A stretch of DNA of 63,157 nucleotides, filler included, from Octopus bimaculoides (taxonomy: Eukaryota), in assembly GCF_001194135.2 (NCBI RefSeq). It is 6 parts of 6 records of this genome, joined end to end, with 100 filler letters (N's around TTAATTAATTAA, not from the genome) between each part and the next. Parts side by side here need not be neighbours in the genome. Positions count along the whole stretch, not along the records: positions 33,049 to 49,837 come from NC_068984.1; positions 49,938 to 58,999 come from NC_069009.1; 4 more parts are not named here. One strand, written 5' to 3'. A program made the translations under genes and the position numbers. Shown piece after piece: positions 38,252-50,604 of the stretch; position 1 is the first letter of the stretch; the number at the start of each line of letters is the position of its first letter. Below the pieces are notes generated by a model. The model was not told where the DNA came from. It ran no database searches and was given only the letters and a program-made list of their open reading frames with translations.

Positions 38252-39237
38252 NNNNNNNNNNNNNNNNNNNNNNNNNNNNNNNNNNNNNNNNNNNNNNNNN
38301 NNNNNNNNNNNNNNNNNNNNNNNNNNNNNNNNNNNNNNNNNNNNNNNNNNNNNNNNNNNNNNNNNNNNNNNNNNNNNNNNNNNNNNNNNNNNNNNNNNNN
38401 NNNNNNNNNNNNNNNNNNNNNNNNNNNNNNNNNNNNNNNNNNNNNNNNNNNNNNNNNNNNNNNNNNNNNNNNNNNNNNNNNNNNNNNNNNNNNNNNNNNN
38501 NNNNNNNNNNNNNNNNNNNNNNNNNNNNNNNNNNNNNNNNNNNNNNNNNNNNNNNNNNNNNNNNNNNNNNNNNNNNNNNNNNNNNNNNNNNNNNNNNNNN
38601 NNNNNNNNNNNNNNNNNNNNNNNNNNNNNNNNNNNNNNNNNNNNNNNNNNNNNNNNNNNNNNNNNNNNNNNNNNNNNNNNNNNNNNNNNNNNNNNNNNNN
38701 NNNNNNNNNNNNNAAATAAACCCAGAGGTTTTTCAGGTAAGGGAGAGTAAGTGCTATGGATAGACCACAGTTGAGCTCCAGGTTCGGTGATTATGCGAAT
38801 AAGGGGTCCAACGTAGGTCATATATTAGCGTGTGAATATAAGGATTTATTTTTCGTAATGAGATAAAAAAAAAAACCCAAGGCTGTGTGCATTATGGGAC
38901 ATTTATTTAATAGAAGGTCTTACAGCTATTTCCAGGACATTTGTTATATCCCTTCATCGGAGGGATATAATGCGTACATTGTGTATAAACGCTGTATTTG
39001 GAATGACTAATTTCAAAGATTGCTGGATTTTACTCATAGGGTATTGGAATCTTAATAATGAATTTACAAATGCAATGACTTACCTTAAAGACTATTGGAT
39101 TTTACTCAGAAGGTATTGGAATCTTATATGTATACCATTCTACCTAAACAATGGATTTACAAATACAATATCCATACATTCACTCCCTATTTCCTATATT
39201 ATCTAAACTAACTATTGTTTAACAATCCTCTCACACC

Positions 39238-39285
39238 GTCTCCGATGAAGGGATATAATAAATATCCTGGAAACAGCTGTAAGAC
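39238..39285 (+). ncRNA. Hammerhead-like motif with a CCGAUGA core; an inverted second copy lies at 38912-38962
   Basis: GTCT-CCGATGA-A-GGGATAT(AATAA)ATATCCT-G-GAAA-CAGCTG-TA-AGAC. The minus-strand copy at 38912-38962 shares the same core variants. Confidence 0.55.
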
Positions 39286-39325
39286 ATTCTCTTGTTTTTT
39301 TTAAATCTCATTACGAAAAGTAAAT

Positions 39326-39365
<40 letters not shown>

Positions 39366-40967
39366 ATACACACATACATACATACATACATACNNNNNNN
39401 NNNNNNNNNNNNNNNNNNNNNNNNNNNNNNNNNNNNNNNNNNNNNNNNNNNNNNNNNNNNNNNNNNNNNNNNNNNNNNNNNNNNNNNNNNNNNNNNNNNN
39501 NNNNNNNNNNNNNNNNNNNNNNNNNNNNNNNNNNNNNNNNNNNNNNNNNNNNNNNNNNNNNNNNNNNNNNNNNNNNNNNNNNNNNNNNNNNNNNNNNNNN
39601 NNNNNNNNNNNNNNNNNNNNNNNNNNNNNNNNNNNNNNNNNNNNNNNNNNNNNNNNNNNNNNNNNNNNNNNNNNNNNNNNNNNNNNNNNNNNNNNNNNNN
39701 NNNNNNNNNNNNNNNNNNNNNNNNNNNNNNNNNNNNNNNNNNNNNNNNNNNNNNNNNNNNNNNNNNNNNNNNNNNNNNNNNNNNNNNNNNNNNNNNNNNN
39801 NNNNNNNNNNNNNNNNNNNNNNNNNNNNNNNNNNNNNNNNNNNNNNNNNNNNNNNNNNNNNNNNNNNNNNNNNNNNNNNNNNNNNNNNNNNNNNNNNNNN
39901 NNNNNNNNNNNNNNNNNNNNNNNNNNNNNNNNNNNNNNNNNNNNNNNNNNNNNNNNNNNNNNNNNNNNNNNNNNNNNNNNNNNNNNNNNNNNNNNNNNNN
40001 NNNNNNNNNNNNNNNNNNNNNNNNNNNNNNNNNNNNNNNNNNNNNNNNNNNNNNNNNNNNNNNNNNNNNNNNNNNNNNNNNNNNNNNNNNNNNNNNNNNN
40101 NNCACTACCACCACCACCACCATCACCACCACCACCACCACCACCACCATCACCACCACCACCAACAACAACAACAACAGCAACAACTCCACCACAATTA
40201 GCACCACCACAACCGCCACCACCACCAACTCAACCACAATTAGTACCACCACTACTACAACCACCCCCCCGCCACAACCAACACCACCATCGCTAAGATA
40301 GTCACTGCATCACCATCACTATGACCACCACTACTACCACCGCCACCACCAGAACTACTACCACTGCCATCACAGCCCCCATCACCACCAATCAAAAACT
40401 GTTCTCACGTAGCTCCAACTCGTCTTAACCAAAAACCGTCGTTGCTCCACTCTCCCCAATCCCATCCTGGTCTCTATTTTACCATTTTTTTGGAAGCGTT
40501 AATAAATTTATCGGAACCTATTTCGTTGAAATCAATTGAAGTACGTTTTCTGTTGAATTATTTCCAATCACTTGCAAATATTTTAAAAGATAATGACAGC
40601 AAGTCATATATATATCGATTTATGGTTGGGTGTGTAGATGCACACGAAAATATGGCCATTTTTATTGCACACACATATATACACACGCACGCATATACAC
40701 GCATATAAAACTACAAGGAAACGATTTCCTTTGGCTGTATAAATTTATACATACGTATATAGAGATGTACATATACAGACACGTACGCGCGTACAAACAC
40801 ACGCACGTACACACACACACATATGCAAACATACATATATGTATATATGCGTACACACACACTGATATGCACACACACACACACACACATGTATACATAC
40901 ATATCAACAGAAAATGCTACGTAAATTATGTACGTGTATGCGTATGATGTATATATGTATGTCTACG

Positions 40968-41041
<74 letters not shown>

Positions 41042-41419
41042 NNNNNNNNNNNNNNNNNNNNNNNNNNNNNNNNNNNNNNNNNNNNNNNNNNNNNNNNNNN
41101 NNNNNNNNNNNNNNNNNNNNNNNNNNNNNNNNNNNNNNNNNNNNNNNNNNNNNNNNNNNNNNNNNNNNNNNNNNNNNNNNNNNNNNNNNNNNNNNNNNNN
41201 NNNNNNNNNNNNNNNNNNNNNNNNNNNNNNNNNNNNNNNNNNNNNNNNNNNNNNNNNNNNNNNNNNNNNNNNNNNNNNNNNNNNNNNNNNNNNNNNNNNN
41301 NNNNNNNNNNNNNNNNNNNNNNNNNNNNNNNNNNNNNNNNNNNNNNNNNNNNNNNNNNNNNNNNNNNNNNNNNNNNNNNNNNNNNNNNNNNNNNNNNNNN
41401 NNNNNNNNNNNNNNNNNNN

Positions 41420-41454
<35 letters not shown>

Positions 41455-41489
41455 TGTATATATATGTATGTAGTAAAAATACTATGTGA

Positions 41490-41531
<42 letters not shown>

Positions 41532-43343
41532 AGTCAATAAAAAATAAGGATATAAAGAGAAAGAAAATCAGCGAAATAAGTACATATATAGAATAATAAT
41601 TGTGTAAATATATGAAACGTGCAGTTATTTTCTAAAAACAAGCTTGAGCCTTCTCCCGCCATATTTAGCAGCTCACCTACACATGCGCACACTGTATCGG
41701 AAACAGTCACACATAACGCTCTCTCTCTCTCTCTCTCTCCCTCTCTCACGCACACAAATACACACACACACACACACATACACACACACACATCTATATG
41801 TCGTAATTTATGGTTGGTTAACATATATGGCTATATATTAACGCTGATTGAAGCATTACCTGATAGAGAACTCAATACGAAATATAAAATATATTTTATA
41901 ACATAAAAAATATTTGTATGCATATATATATATATATATATTTATATATATTTATATATAAGTATCTGTAAGTGTGTGATACAAACATTTATACTCACTC
42001 ACACACACACATAAAATATACATACATATAAAATATACATAAAATATAGACATATTATACATACGTTTTGAATGCATTAACCACATATTTATGTATGTAC
42101 ATATGTACGTACGTACGTACGTACGCATGAATGTATGTATGTATGTATGTATGCGTGTGTGTATGTATGTATGTATGTATGTATACGCTTAAGCAACGCC
42201 AAAAGAGCGAATTAGAAGCAGCTTTTTTTCTCTTGTGTTTTTTCTCTTGTGTTTTTTCTCTTTTCCTTTTTCTCGGTAACTTTTTACAACACAATAACTA
42301 TTGAATGCCATTATTAAATGATGTGAACACAATGAAAAAAATTGCGTAAAGCGGAATGTCTGAACAATCATATTGTAAAGAACGGGGGAGGGCAACATAA
42401 TATAGATTTGTTTACCCTAGCAGAAGGACTGATCATCATGGAGGGAAACATATAGAGGAAAGAAAAAAGCGATCTATATATCACACTTCATCTACATATA
42501 GATCATTCACTGGCATGAAGCTGTAGTTTTTAACTTAGAGAAAATCTCTTCCTAGAGATACAGTGTTAGAAACACATTATATATCGAAGCGAAGAGAACA
42601 TCGTCTCAGCAGTTACCCATGAGAACGCCAGACGCATTTCGCCTTCCTTGAGCCATCTTAAAAACGTATATCCTTTCGTCACTACATTCACTGATATTTC
42701 GGAAAGTCACCGAGTTGAATAAATACTCGGTGCACGCAGCTGAAACAGCATTAAATTACAATAAATATCTATGTGTCATAATTAACGTTTACACACCGTT
42801 GACAGGCAGCGAGGTGTAATTTTTGTATGAGAATGTTTACATGGTGTGATGTATGGATCTTACTGACATTATACAAGCTCAAAATTATGTGATGCGCATC
42901 TGGTCTCTTTGTATTAAGGCTTTCTATTATACTGATGTGATCACGTGATCGACCAGCCTGTCGGATGCCGTTATACGTTGCTTATTACCATGAGCTTTTG
43001 CGTCGTTTAACTTTAGAGTCATGGCACCCAGCTGGTTGGGTGAGCAGCTCATTATATCAATGTAAGAAAGGATATATATATATATATANNNNNNNNNNNN
43101 NNNNNNNNNNNNNNNNNNNNNNNNNNNNNNNNNNNNNNNNNNNNNNNNNNNNNNNNNNNNNNNNNNNNNNNNNNNNNNNNNNNNNNNNNNNNNNNNNNNN
43201 NNNNNNNNNNNNNNNNNNNNNNNNNNNNNNNNNNNNNNNNNNNNNNNNNNNNNNNNNNNNNNNNNNNNNNNNNNNNNNTAAGCACATAAATACAAAACAA
43301 GGTGGAAAAAAGAGCACTCAAATACCAAAGGTAGAGTAATAGT

Positions 43344-43505
43344 CTTTATTTAAAAGCAGCAGAAATATCATAAAAACTGTTACTCGGAGTTTCACGTACC
43401 CGTTTGTCGGACTGTTTTCTTAGAATCTAACAAAACTGTCCGACGAACGAGAACGTGAAGCTCTGAGTAACTTTTTTGCGATATTTCTGCTGCTTTTTAA
43501 TAAAG
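43344..43505. repeat. Foldback of two inverted hammerhead-like (CCGACGA core) repeats
   Basis: Arms of about 75 bp at 43344-43418 and 43432-43505 with a 13-nt spacer. The composite reads AAAACTGT-CCGACGA-ACG(GGAA)CGT-GAAA-CTCCGAG-TA-ACAGTTTT. Each copy has 1-2 core mutations. Confidence 0.65.
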
Positions 43506-45675
43506 TATATATATATATATATATATATATAACATATTTGGTCATTCCATGATGTCCAACATGTGTTCACACTAAATAGAAGCACATTTATATGACATTC
43601 CAAATATATTTTATGATAGATAATATATATAGATAATTTGCATCGTTTTGACTTTCGCTGTCCATGAGTTATTATCGGTTGGCAAATATCAACAAGCATC
43701 AGTATATATTTTGCTAGCTGAAATTATAAACATGAGCATCAACTCTTATTAGTTTCATAAGTCCAGGGTGCGTCTCTGGCTGAAGAGACACAGCGTTGTC
43801 GAATCAGTGGCAGTCCTAGAGCTCCTTTGCGCTAATGAATGCAATGTTAGGAACAAACATTCGTCGTAATGGAGAAATGGTTTCCCTATGACAAAGCACA
43901 CCAGCGATTAGCACATTCATTTCCGAATCTGCCGGAACTTGTTAAAAGTAATGATGCATGTCATCGTAAATCTGTTACTCAGGCAACGTAGAATGATTAG
44001 AAAATCTAAACGTTGTCATCAATCACTCATAGCCTATGAGTTTATCATTTTCCTTAATGGTAGAACTATTTTGTCGCCCAGTTTAATTTCATCACCTGAC
44101 CTTTGGCCGCAATTAGCAGAGCCATCTGCTGTCATCAATTGGGCAATATCTTTGGTTTGAGGATAATTTTTTCCTTCCCATACATCAGTCCCAGGATACC
44201 CTGACAACTGAGAAGGGTGTTTGTCGATGACATCAATCCAAATGCTAAAGGGGTACTTTAATTTTGTCGAACCGAGAATGATGAAAGGTTAAGGCTAGCT
44301 TCGACAGGATTTGAACTCAGTACGTAAAGAGCTGCAATAATTATCACAAGGACCTTGATCCATCGCTCTACCACCTCTACCAATCGACTGCTATTAAGTA
44401 CAAACAATTGAAAAAAAAAAAAAAAAAAGGAAACAACACCATCCGAAATCAAAAGGTTAAATGTTGTGTATTTTGGGAGAATGAGTAAATATATTTCGGA
44501 ATAAAAGAATAACTGATCTGATTCTAATTGCTTCCTGATATTCCGCTTCCCTTTTCTCTCTCTCTCTCTCTCCTTCCTACCCTCTTCTTCCACTCTCTAT
44601 CCCCCTTCTATATTTCCATCTCCCCCCTCATTGTTCTCCCTCTAACCCTTTCTTTCCTCCCCCCTCTATCTAACCTCTCTCTCTCTCTCTCTCGCTAATA
44701 TTGAAATAAATTCTATTCACCGTTTTCGTAGTTCCAATAGTTTTGCTTGCTTCAATCGACAATCAATATTTATAATGACTATTTCGCTAATTCAACTTAC
44801 ACTTTTATTTGCAGCAGTTATTAAAAGAAAATCTTCTCCGTTGCTTTTGTTTATATCTATTTGTTGTTCTTCGGAAATTATTAATAGCTATTTTGATTTT
44901 TAATCATTTCATTACTTTATATCGAACATCAGCCTGGTTATGAGATGGCTATGCTTTTAGTTCTTTCCGAAACAAGACAGATATTCCCATTAAGTCGTTA
45001 TATAATTAATTTCAACTGATTAGGCCTCCTTATTAGGGAGTGCTTCTATTCAGAAGCCAACAAAAAATTGTGAGTAATAAAAGCCAATATTTGGCTCATG
45101 TTTTTTTTCCGCTAAGTTGAGCGAGAGCCAATTACAGAGGAAAACACAAAAGAATGGATATAGTAGATGTGTCAGCCAATCGCAAATATATATATGTATA
45201 TATATATATATATATTTTTCTTTGTTATGGACGAAGCTGTTATGCAGTGTTTAGTTCACTACAAATCGAATCTGCAGCTAGCTTTGGGGGCCTCAACAGA
45301 AACCTTTTAGAATCACTGCCAACAGTAAAGATTTCACAAATTTCAGTTTGCCTGCTTGTTACTCAAGCCATATCTTTCATCTTTAATCTTTTGTTTGTTT
45401 AAGCCATTAGATTGCAGCCATGCTGGAGCACCTCCACGAACAGTTTTTAGGCGAACAAATCAACTCCAGTACCGTTTTTTTTAAAGCTTGGTACTTATTC
45501 CATCAGTGTCCTTTACCGAAGCGCCATGTTACGGAGACGTAAACATACCAACACCGGTTGTCAAGTAGTGGGGAACCAAACACAAGCAAGAATATCCAAA
45601 CACACACACACACACTCACTCAACACAGACGCACACAACACACACACACACGCACACATATTTATATATATGAAA

Positions 45676-45995
45676 GCCCGTAGCTTAATGGTTAGGGTAT
45701 TCAGCTCACGATCATAAGTTCGTGAGTTCGATCTCCGGCGGAGCGTTGTGTCCTTGAGCAAGACACTCTATTCCACTATTCCACATTGCCCCATTCCCCT
45801 CAGTTGAAAACAAATGAGTTGTACCTATATATCAAACGGTCAGCCTTGTCACATTCTGCATCACGATGAATCTGCCTGAGATCCACATTAAGGGTATACA
45901 TGTCTGTGGACTACTCAGCCACTTGCTCATTAAATTTCACCAGCAGATTGTTCCGCTGATCGGATCGACTGGAACCTTCGTCGTCGTAAGAGCCG
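45676..45995 (+). mobile_element. SINE family 3 (tRNA-like head with A and B boxes, GTGTCCTTGAGCAAGACAC box)
   Basis: TAGCTTAATGGTTAGGG and GTGAGTTCGATCTC boxes. Its body matches 52720-52925 on the minus strand. Confidence 0.8.
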
Positions 45996-46046
45996 TCTTA
46001 ACTGATGAGGCAACGGAGATTGCTGAAACAGACGTCAGTATTAAGA
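45996..46046 (+). ncRNA. Type I hammerhead ribozyme motif, canonical core
   Basis: TCTTAA-CTGATGA-GGCAA(CGGAGA)TTGCT-GAAA-C(AGACGTCA)G-TA-TTAAGA. Stem I is 6 bp, stem II is 5 bp, stem III contains the palindrome GACGTC, and cleavage is GUA after 46040. Confidence 0.75.
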
Positions 46047-46919
46047 ATTCTCGATCGGTACTTTTCGGACAATTATGGTCCCTGTTAGTGTATATGTTTT
46101 CATTCATGTGTGTTAACTACAACATTTAGCTCTTATTTCTAGCAATGTAGGTGGTTTTTAACATTCTCGTCACATTTAGCGACAATTATAATTCTTCTTG
46201 GTGAAACAATGCAGACTGCTGTTTATATTAATTCTATATACATACATACATACATACATACATACATGCATACATACATACATACACACACATATACATG
46301 CATATACACATACATATATACATGCATATATACATACATAATACATACATACATATACACGTGCATATATGCATATATACGTACATACATAATACATACA
46401 TACATCCATGCATATATATATATATATATATATANNNNNNNNNNNNNNNNNNNNNNNNNNNNNNNNNNNNNNNNNNNNNNNNNNNNNNNNNNNNNNNNNN
46501 NNNNNNNNNNNNNNNNNNNNNNNNNNNNNNNNNNNNNNNNNNNNNNNNNNNNNNNNNNNNNNNNNNNNNNNNNNNNNNNNNNNNNNNNNNNNNNNNNNNN
46601 NNNNNNNNNNNNNNNNNNNNNNNNNNNNNNNNNNNNNNNNNNNNNNNNNNNNNNNNNNNNNNNNNNNNNNNNNNNNNNNNNNNNNNNNNNNNNNNNNNNN
46701 NNNNNNNNNNNNNNNNNNNNNNNNNNNNNNNNNNNNNNNNNNNNNNNNNNNNNNNNNNNNNNNNNNNNNNNNNNNNNNNNNNNNNNNNNNNNNNNNNNNN
46801 NNNNNNNNNNNNNNNNNNNNNNNNNNNNNNNNNNNNNNNNNNNNNNNNNNNNNNNNNNNNNNNNNNNNNNNNNNNNNNNNNNNNNNNNNNNNNNNNNNNN
46901 NNNNNNNNNNNNNNNNATA

Positions 46920-47650
46920 TATATATATATGTATGTGTGTGTGTGTGTTTGTGTGTCTGTGCTTTGTCCCCCCACATCGCTTGACAACCGATGTTATTGT
47001 ATTTACGTCCCCGTAACTTAGTGATTCGGCAAAAGGGAACGATAGAATAAGTACTAGGCTTACAAAAGAATAAGTCCCAGGGTCGATTTGCTCGACTAAA
47101 GGCGGTGCTCCAGCATGGCCGCAGTCAAATGACTAAAACAAGTGAAAGAATAAAAGAATAAAAGAATACTACACCGACCAAACAAATCACGTGGTTTCGT
47201 TCGTACTTAATCAAGCGGAATACTCATGCTTCAGGTTACTCGTATCATATTGAATGAAATGAAATCTAAACGATTGGCTGTGTGGTAAGCAGCTTGCTTC
47301 CCGACCACATTGCTCCGAGTTCAATCCCAATCTACCACACTAAGGGCGTGTTCTACTATAGTCTCGGACCAACCAAAATTTGTGAGTGGATTTGATAGAA
47401 GGATACTGAAGGAAGCTCATGTGTGTGTGTGTGTGTGTGTTTATGCGCATGCTTGTTTTAGTGTCTCTGTTTTTCTCCCACCACCGATGGACAACTGGCA
47501 TTGGTGCTTTTACGCTCTTGTAAACTAGCGGTTCAGCAAAAGAGAACCGATAGAATAAGTGCCAGACTTTAAAATAAGTACAGAAGCCGGTTCGTTCGGT
47601 GTTCCAGCATGGTCGCAGCATAACGTCTCAAACAAGCAAAAGAATAGAAG
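46920..47650 (+). mobile_element. SINE family 1: a 3' half (46920-47165) and an older degenerate copy (47270-47650)
   Basis: Similarity to the other copies. Confidence 0.8.
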
Positions 47651-48039
47651 AATGTATTAAGTAAGAATAATTATGTGGTGAGGAAAAGACACTATTAAGT
47701 GGAAACCTAAAAAGAATCATACAATGAATGACTACGAATATTATAGCCACTTCCATCCTTTATGTAAGTCTCAGGCAGAATTAACGTGATACAGATTGTA
47801 TGACAAGACGGCCGTTTGACTTACAAGAACGATTTTGTCAGTGCAAAGGCCCTGTCGATCCAGTTTTAACTACGGTTGAGATAGACAAACGAAAGAACAA
47901 CGAGTCAACACGCTTAGTAGGAGTTACAAATATAATTATTTAAAACAGGTTGCTTCGCCTTCATGGGACTTGAAATTTCGCGAAGTGGTAGTTGTAAAAA
48001 TCCTACGAAAGTTGAACGGAGCCAAATCAAACTGATTTA

Positions 48040-48095
<56 letters not shown>

Positions 48096-48104
48096 TAATA
48101 ATAG

Positions 48105-48880
48105 AACCACAATTATTGAAAGTAAGAAGGTCAGGCTTGTGTACGATGGGAGATTGCAAAGATAAAGCACTGTACAAGCGCTTGAGAATGAATGAAACTG
48201 AAAATAGGTGAATAAAGAAAAGTATGCATGGACAATTTCATAAGGATGGTGAAGATAAGACAGACAGAGAAAAAAGATGGCTATGGATGACTAAAAGTGA
48301 TTTAAAACCGGAAACGGAGGCTCTAATCTGTGCTGCCCAAGAGCAAGCACTAAGAACAATCTACATAAAATACAGAATAGACAACACATCAGAAAGTGAT
48401 AAGTGCAGAATTTGAGGACAAAACGGTGAAACTGTATGGTATATTACCAGTCAATGTACGTAACTAGTCCAGAAAGAATATAAGAGACGTCATGACAATA
48501 TAGTAAGGATTGTCCATTGGACACTTTGCTACAAGTATAGACTTGTCAGAGAAAAAAGTGGTACAAGCATAAACCCGAAGGCATCATCGAAAATGATAAT
48601 GCAAAGATCCTATGGGATTTTATGATTCAGTGCGACCATGAGATAGAGAATAGGAAACTAGATATAGTGTTAATTGAGAAAGAAAGCAAACGATGCTGGA
48701 TCATAGATATAGCATGCCCAGCTGACAATAAGGTATGCGATAAGGAAGAAAGAAAAGTCGAGAGATATGACAAGTTAGCTTGGGAAGTTAAGCAGTTGTG
48801 GTCGATGAAGAAGGTAGCAGTAGTACCAATAATTGTCGGAGCCCTGGGAACAGTGAGTAAAAATCTTGATAAATTCATGG
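48105..48880 (+). mobile_element. R4/Dong-clade non-LTR retrotransposon: zinc knuckle and RLE endonuclease region
   Basis: LKPETEALICAAQEQALRT, CRI..ETV.YITSQC, YKRRHD, KILWDF, RKLDIVLIEK, IIDIACP, KVERY, VPIIVGALG. Confidence 0.92.
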
Positions 48881-49104
48881 NNNNNNNNNNNNNNNNNNNN
48901 NNNNNNNNNNNNNNNNNNNNNNNNNNNNNNNNNNNNNNNNNNNNNNNNNNNNNNNNNNNNNNNNNNNNNNNNNNNNNNNNNNNNNNNNNNNNNNNNNNNN
49001 NNNNNNNNNNNNNNNNNNNNNNNNNNNNNNNNNNNNNNNNNNNNNGGTGGTGGTGGTGGTGGTGGTGGAGGTGGTGGTGGTGGTAGTAGTAGTAGTAGTA
49101 ATGG

Positions 49105-49560
49105 GCTGGTACCCGTTGAAAGGGTGCCGAAAAAGTAGCCGGGGAACGAAGGATCAGCTCTTAATTGATAATCTAATTATCAGGAATTGGAAGAGAAGAC
49201 ATACAAACCTGAGCGTGGCATGGGTTGACTATCGCAAAGCATACGATTTGATACCACACCCCTGGATATTAAGAACACTGGAAAAGTATGGAGTAGAAGA
49301 AAATATGAGAAGTTTTATATAGAGTGACATGAAATGCTGGAGAACGAAATTGGCAGCAGAGAAGCAAGTACTAGGAGAGGTGAAAATCAAGAGAGGAATC
49401 TTCCAGAAGGGTCAGTGTGTCTCCACTGATCTTCGTNNNNNNNNNNCTTCCAGAAGGGTCAGTGTGTCTCCACTGATATTCGTGCTGGGAATGATCGCCT
49501 TGAGTAAAATACTACAGAAAACAAAGTTGGTGTATGAACTGGGAAGCGGTAAGGGAAATG
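49105..49560 (+). mobile_element. R4/Dong-clade reverse transcriptase fragment
   Basis: [50 protein letters not shown]. Confidence 0.9.
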
Positions 49561-49701
49561 TTGCTTCAGGGTCTTGTGAAACTATGATCACACTTGTGTG
49601 TCATTTGATTCCAGGATAAGTAAGGCATATTTAGGAGAAAATAGGAAAAATTGAAAAAGGAGACAAATGCTCAGGATGTTATTAAAACATTTTTGTCTTC
49701 A

Positions 49702-49793
49702 TATCTTCTACATATGTTTCGATGGATGCATCCAAAGTACGTCCGACAGGATAAATTATGATCAGCTATGCATCAGTCTCATCAGGATAGATA
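49702..49793 (-). ncRNA. Minimal type I hammerhead ribozyme motif with an extended stem-loop II
   Basis: Minus strand: TATCT(A)TC-CTGATGA-GA(CT)GATGCAT[36 nt]ATGCATC(CA)TC-GAAA-CATATG-TA-GAAGATA. Stem III is the palindrome CATATG and the cleavage triplet is GUA. Confidence 0.72.
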
Positions 49794-50069
49794 TAAAGAA
49801 CAACACTCATCAAATAGACATTTTTACAGATATATATNNNNNNNNNNNNNNNNNNNNNNNNNNNNNNNNNNNNNNNNNNNNTTAATTAATTAANNNNNNN
49901 NNNNNNNNNNNNNNNNNNNNNNNNNNNNNNNNNNNNNGTCATAAAAATGTTATTCCCTGTGACATATTTCATCCGGTTTAATCGTAATTTATACGCATAT
50001 ATTGTTTATATAATAAATTACGCTGTGCATATCTATGTGTGTAACAATTTTAGAGTTCGGATTCTAGAG

Positions 50070-50123
50070 TTAGGGTTAGGGTTAGGGTTAGGGTTAACAG
50101 TCTAGTTAGGGTTAGGGTTAGGG
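50070..50123 (+). repeat. Interstitial TTAGGG repeats (4+3 copies)
   Basis: Direct reading. They are embedded in an AT-rich, repeat-like segment at about 49940-50360. Confidence 0.9.
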
Positions 50124-50604
50124 GATTAATACGATATACACCGTTACAGCGCTAACTGTTTTCAACTGAATAGACGTCAGTGATTAGTAGAAATTATCGA
50201 AATAAGACAATTTTTTACATGAAATAAATTCGAATACAAAAATTTTTTTCTGTTCTATAACACAAAAATAGATAAGTATACGAAGTTTGAAAGTCTTTCC
50301 GTACCAAAAACACTACATAAAACAGAAATGAAAACTGGTGCCCCCGTTTTGAACAAGATCCGCTAGTAGTAGTAGTAGTCATAGTATTAGCAGCAACAGC
50401 ACTGGTAGTAGTAGAAGTAGTAGTAGTAGTGATTAGGCGGTGATGTTGGTGGTAGTCGTATCATTGTTTTAGTTTAGATCAACACTGATTATATACAAAG
50501 GCATTCCAAAAGTGAACATCCCATTTGGTTCTCTTTGTGCAATGATCCAGGACCTCAGCATGCAAAACATCCTTTTCTGAGAGAGAGCATAAAACGTAGG
50601 CTAC

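Noticed and set aside
40103-40430. Pro/Thr-rich ORF resembling a mucin or extensin
   Set aside because: It is an (ACC)/(CAA) microsatellite beside a gap, with no splice or start context.
42625-42670. Minus-strand TTTAAGA-T-GGCT..AGGC-GAAA-TGCG-TC
   Set aside because: It resembles a decayed hammerhead but has several core and stem mismatches.
43774-43821. Hammerhead-like CTCTGG-CTGAAGA-GACA..TGTC-GAAT..GTC-CTAGAG
   Set aside because: GAAT instead of GAAA breaks the A15.1-U16.1 pair and stem III is poor. It is chance or a dead copy, so it is not counted.
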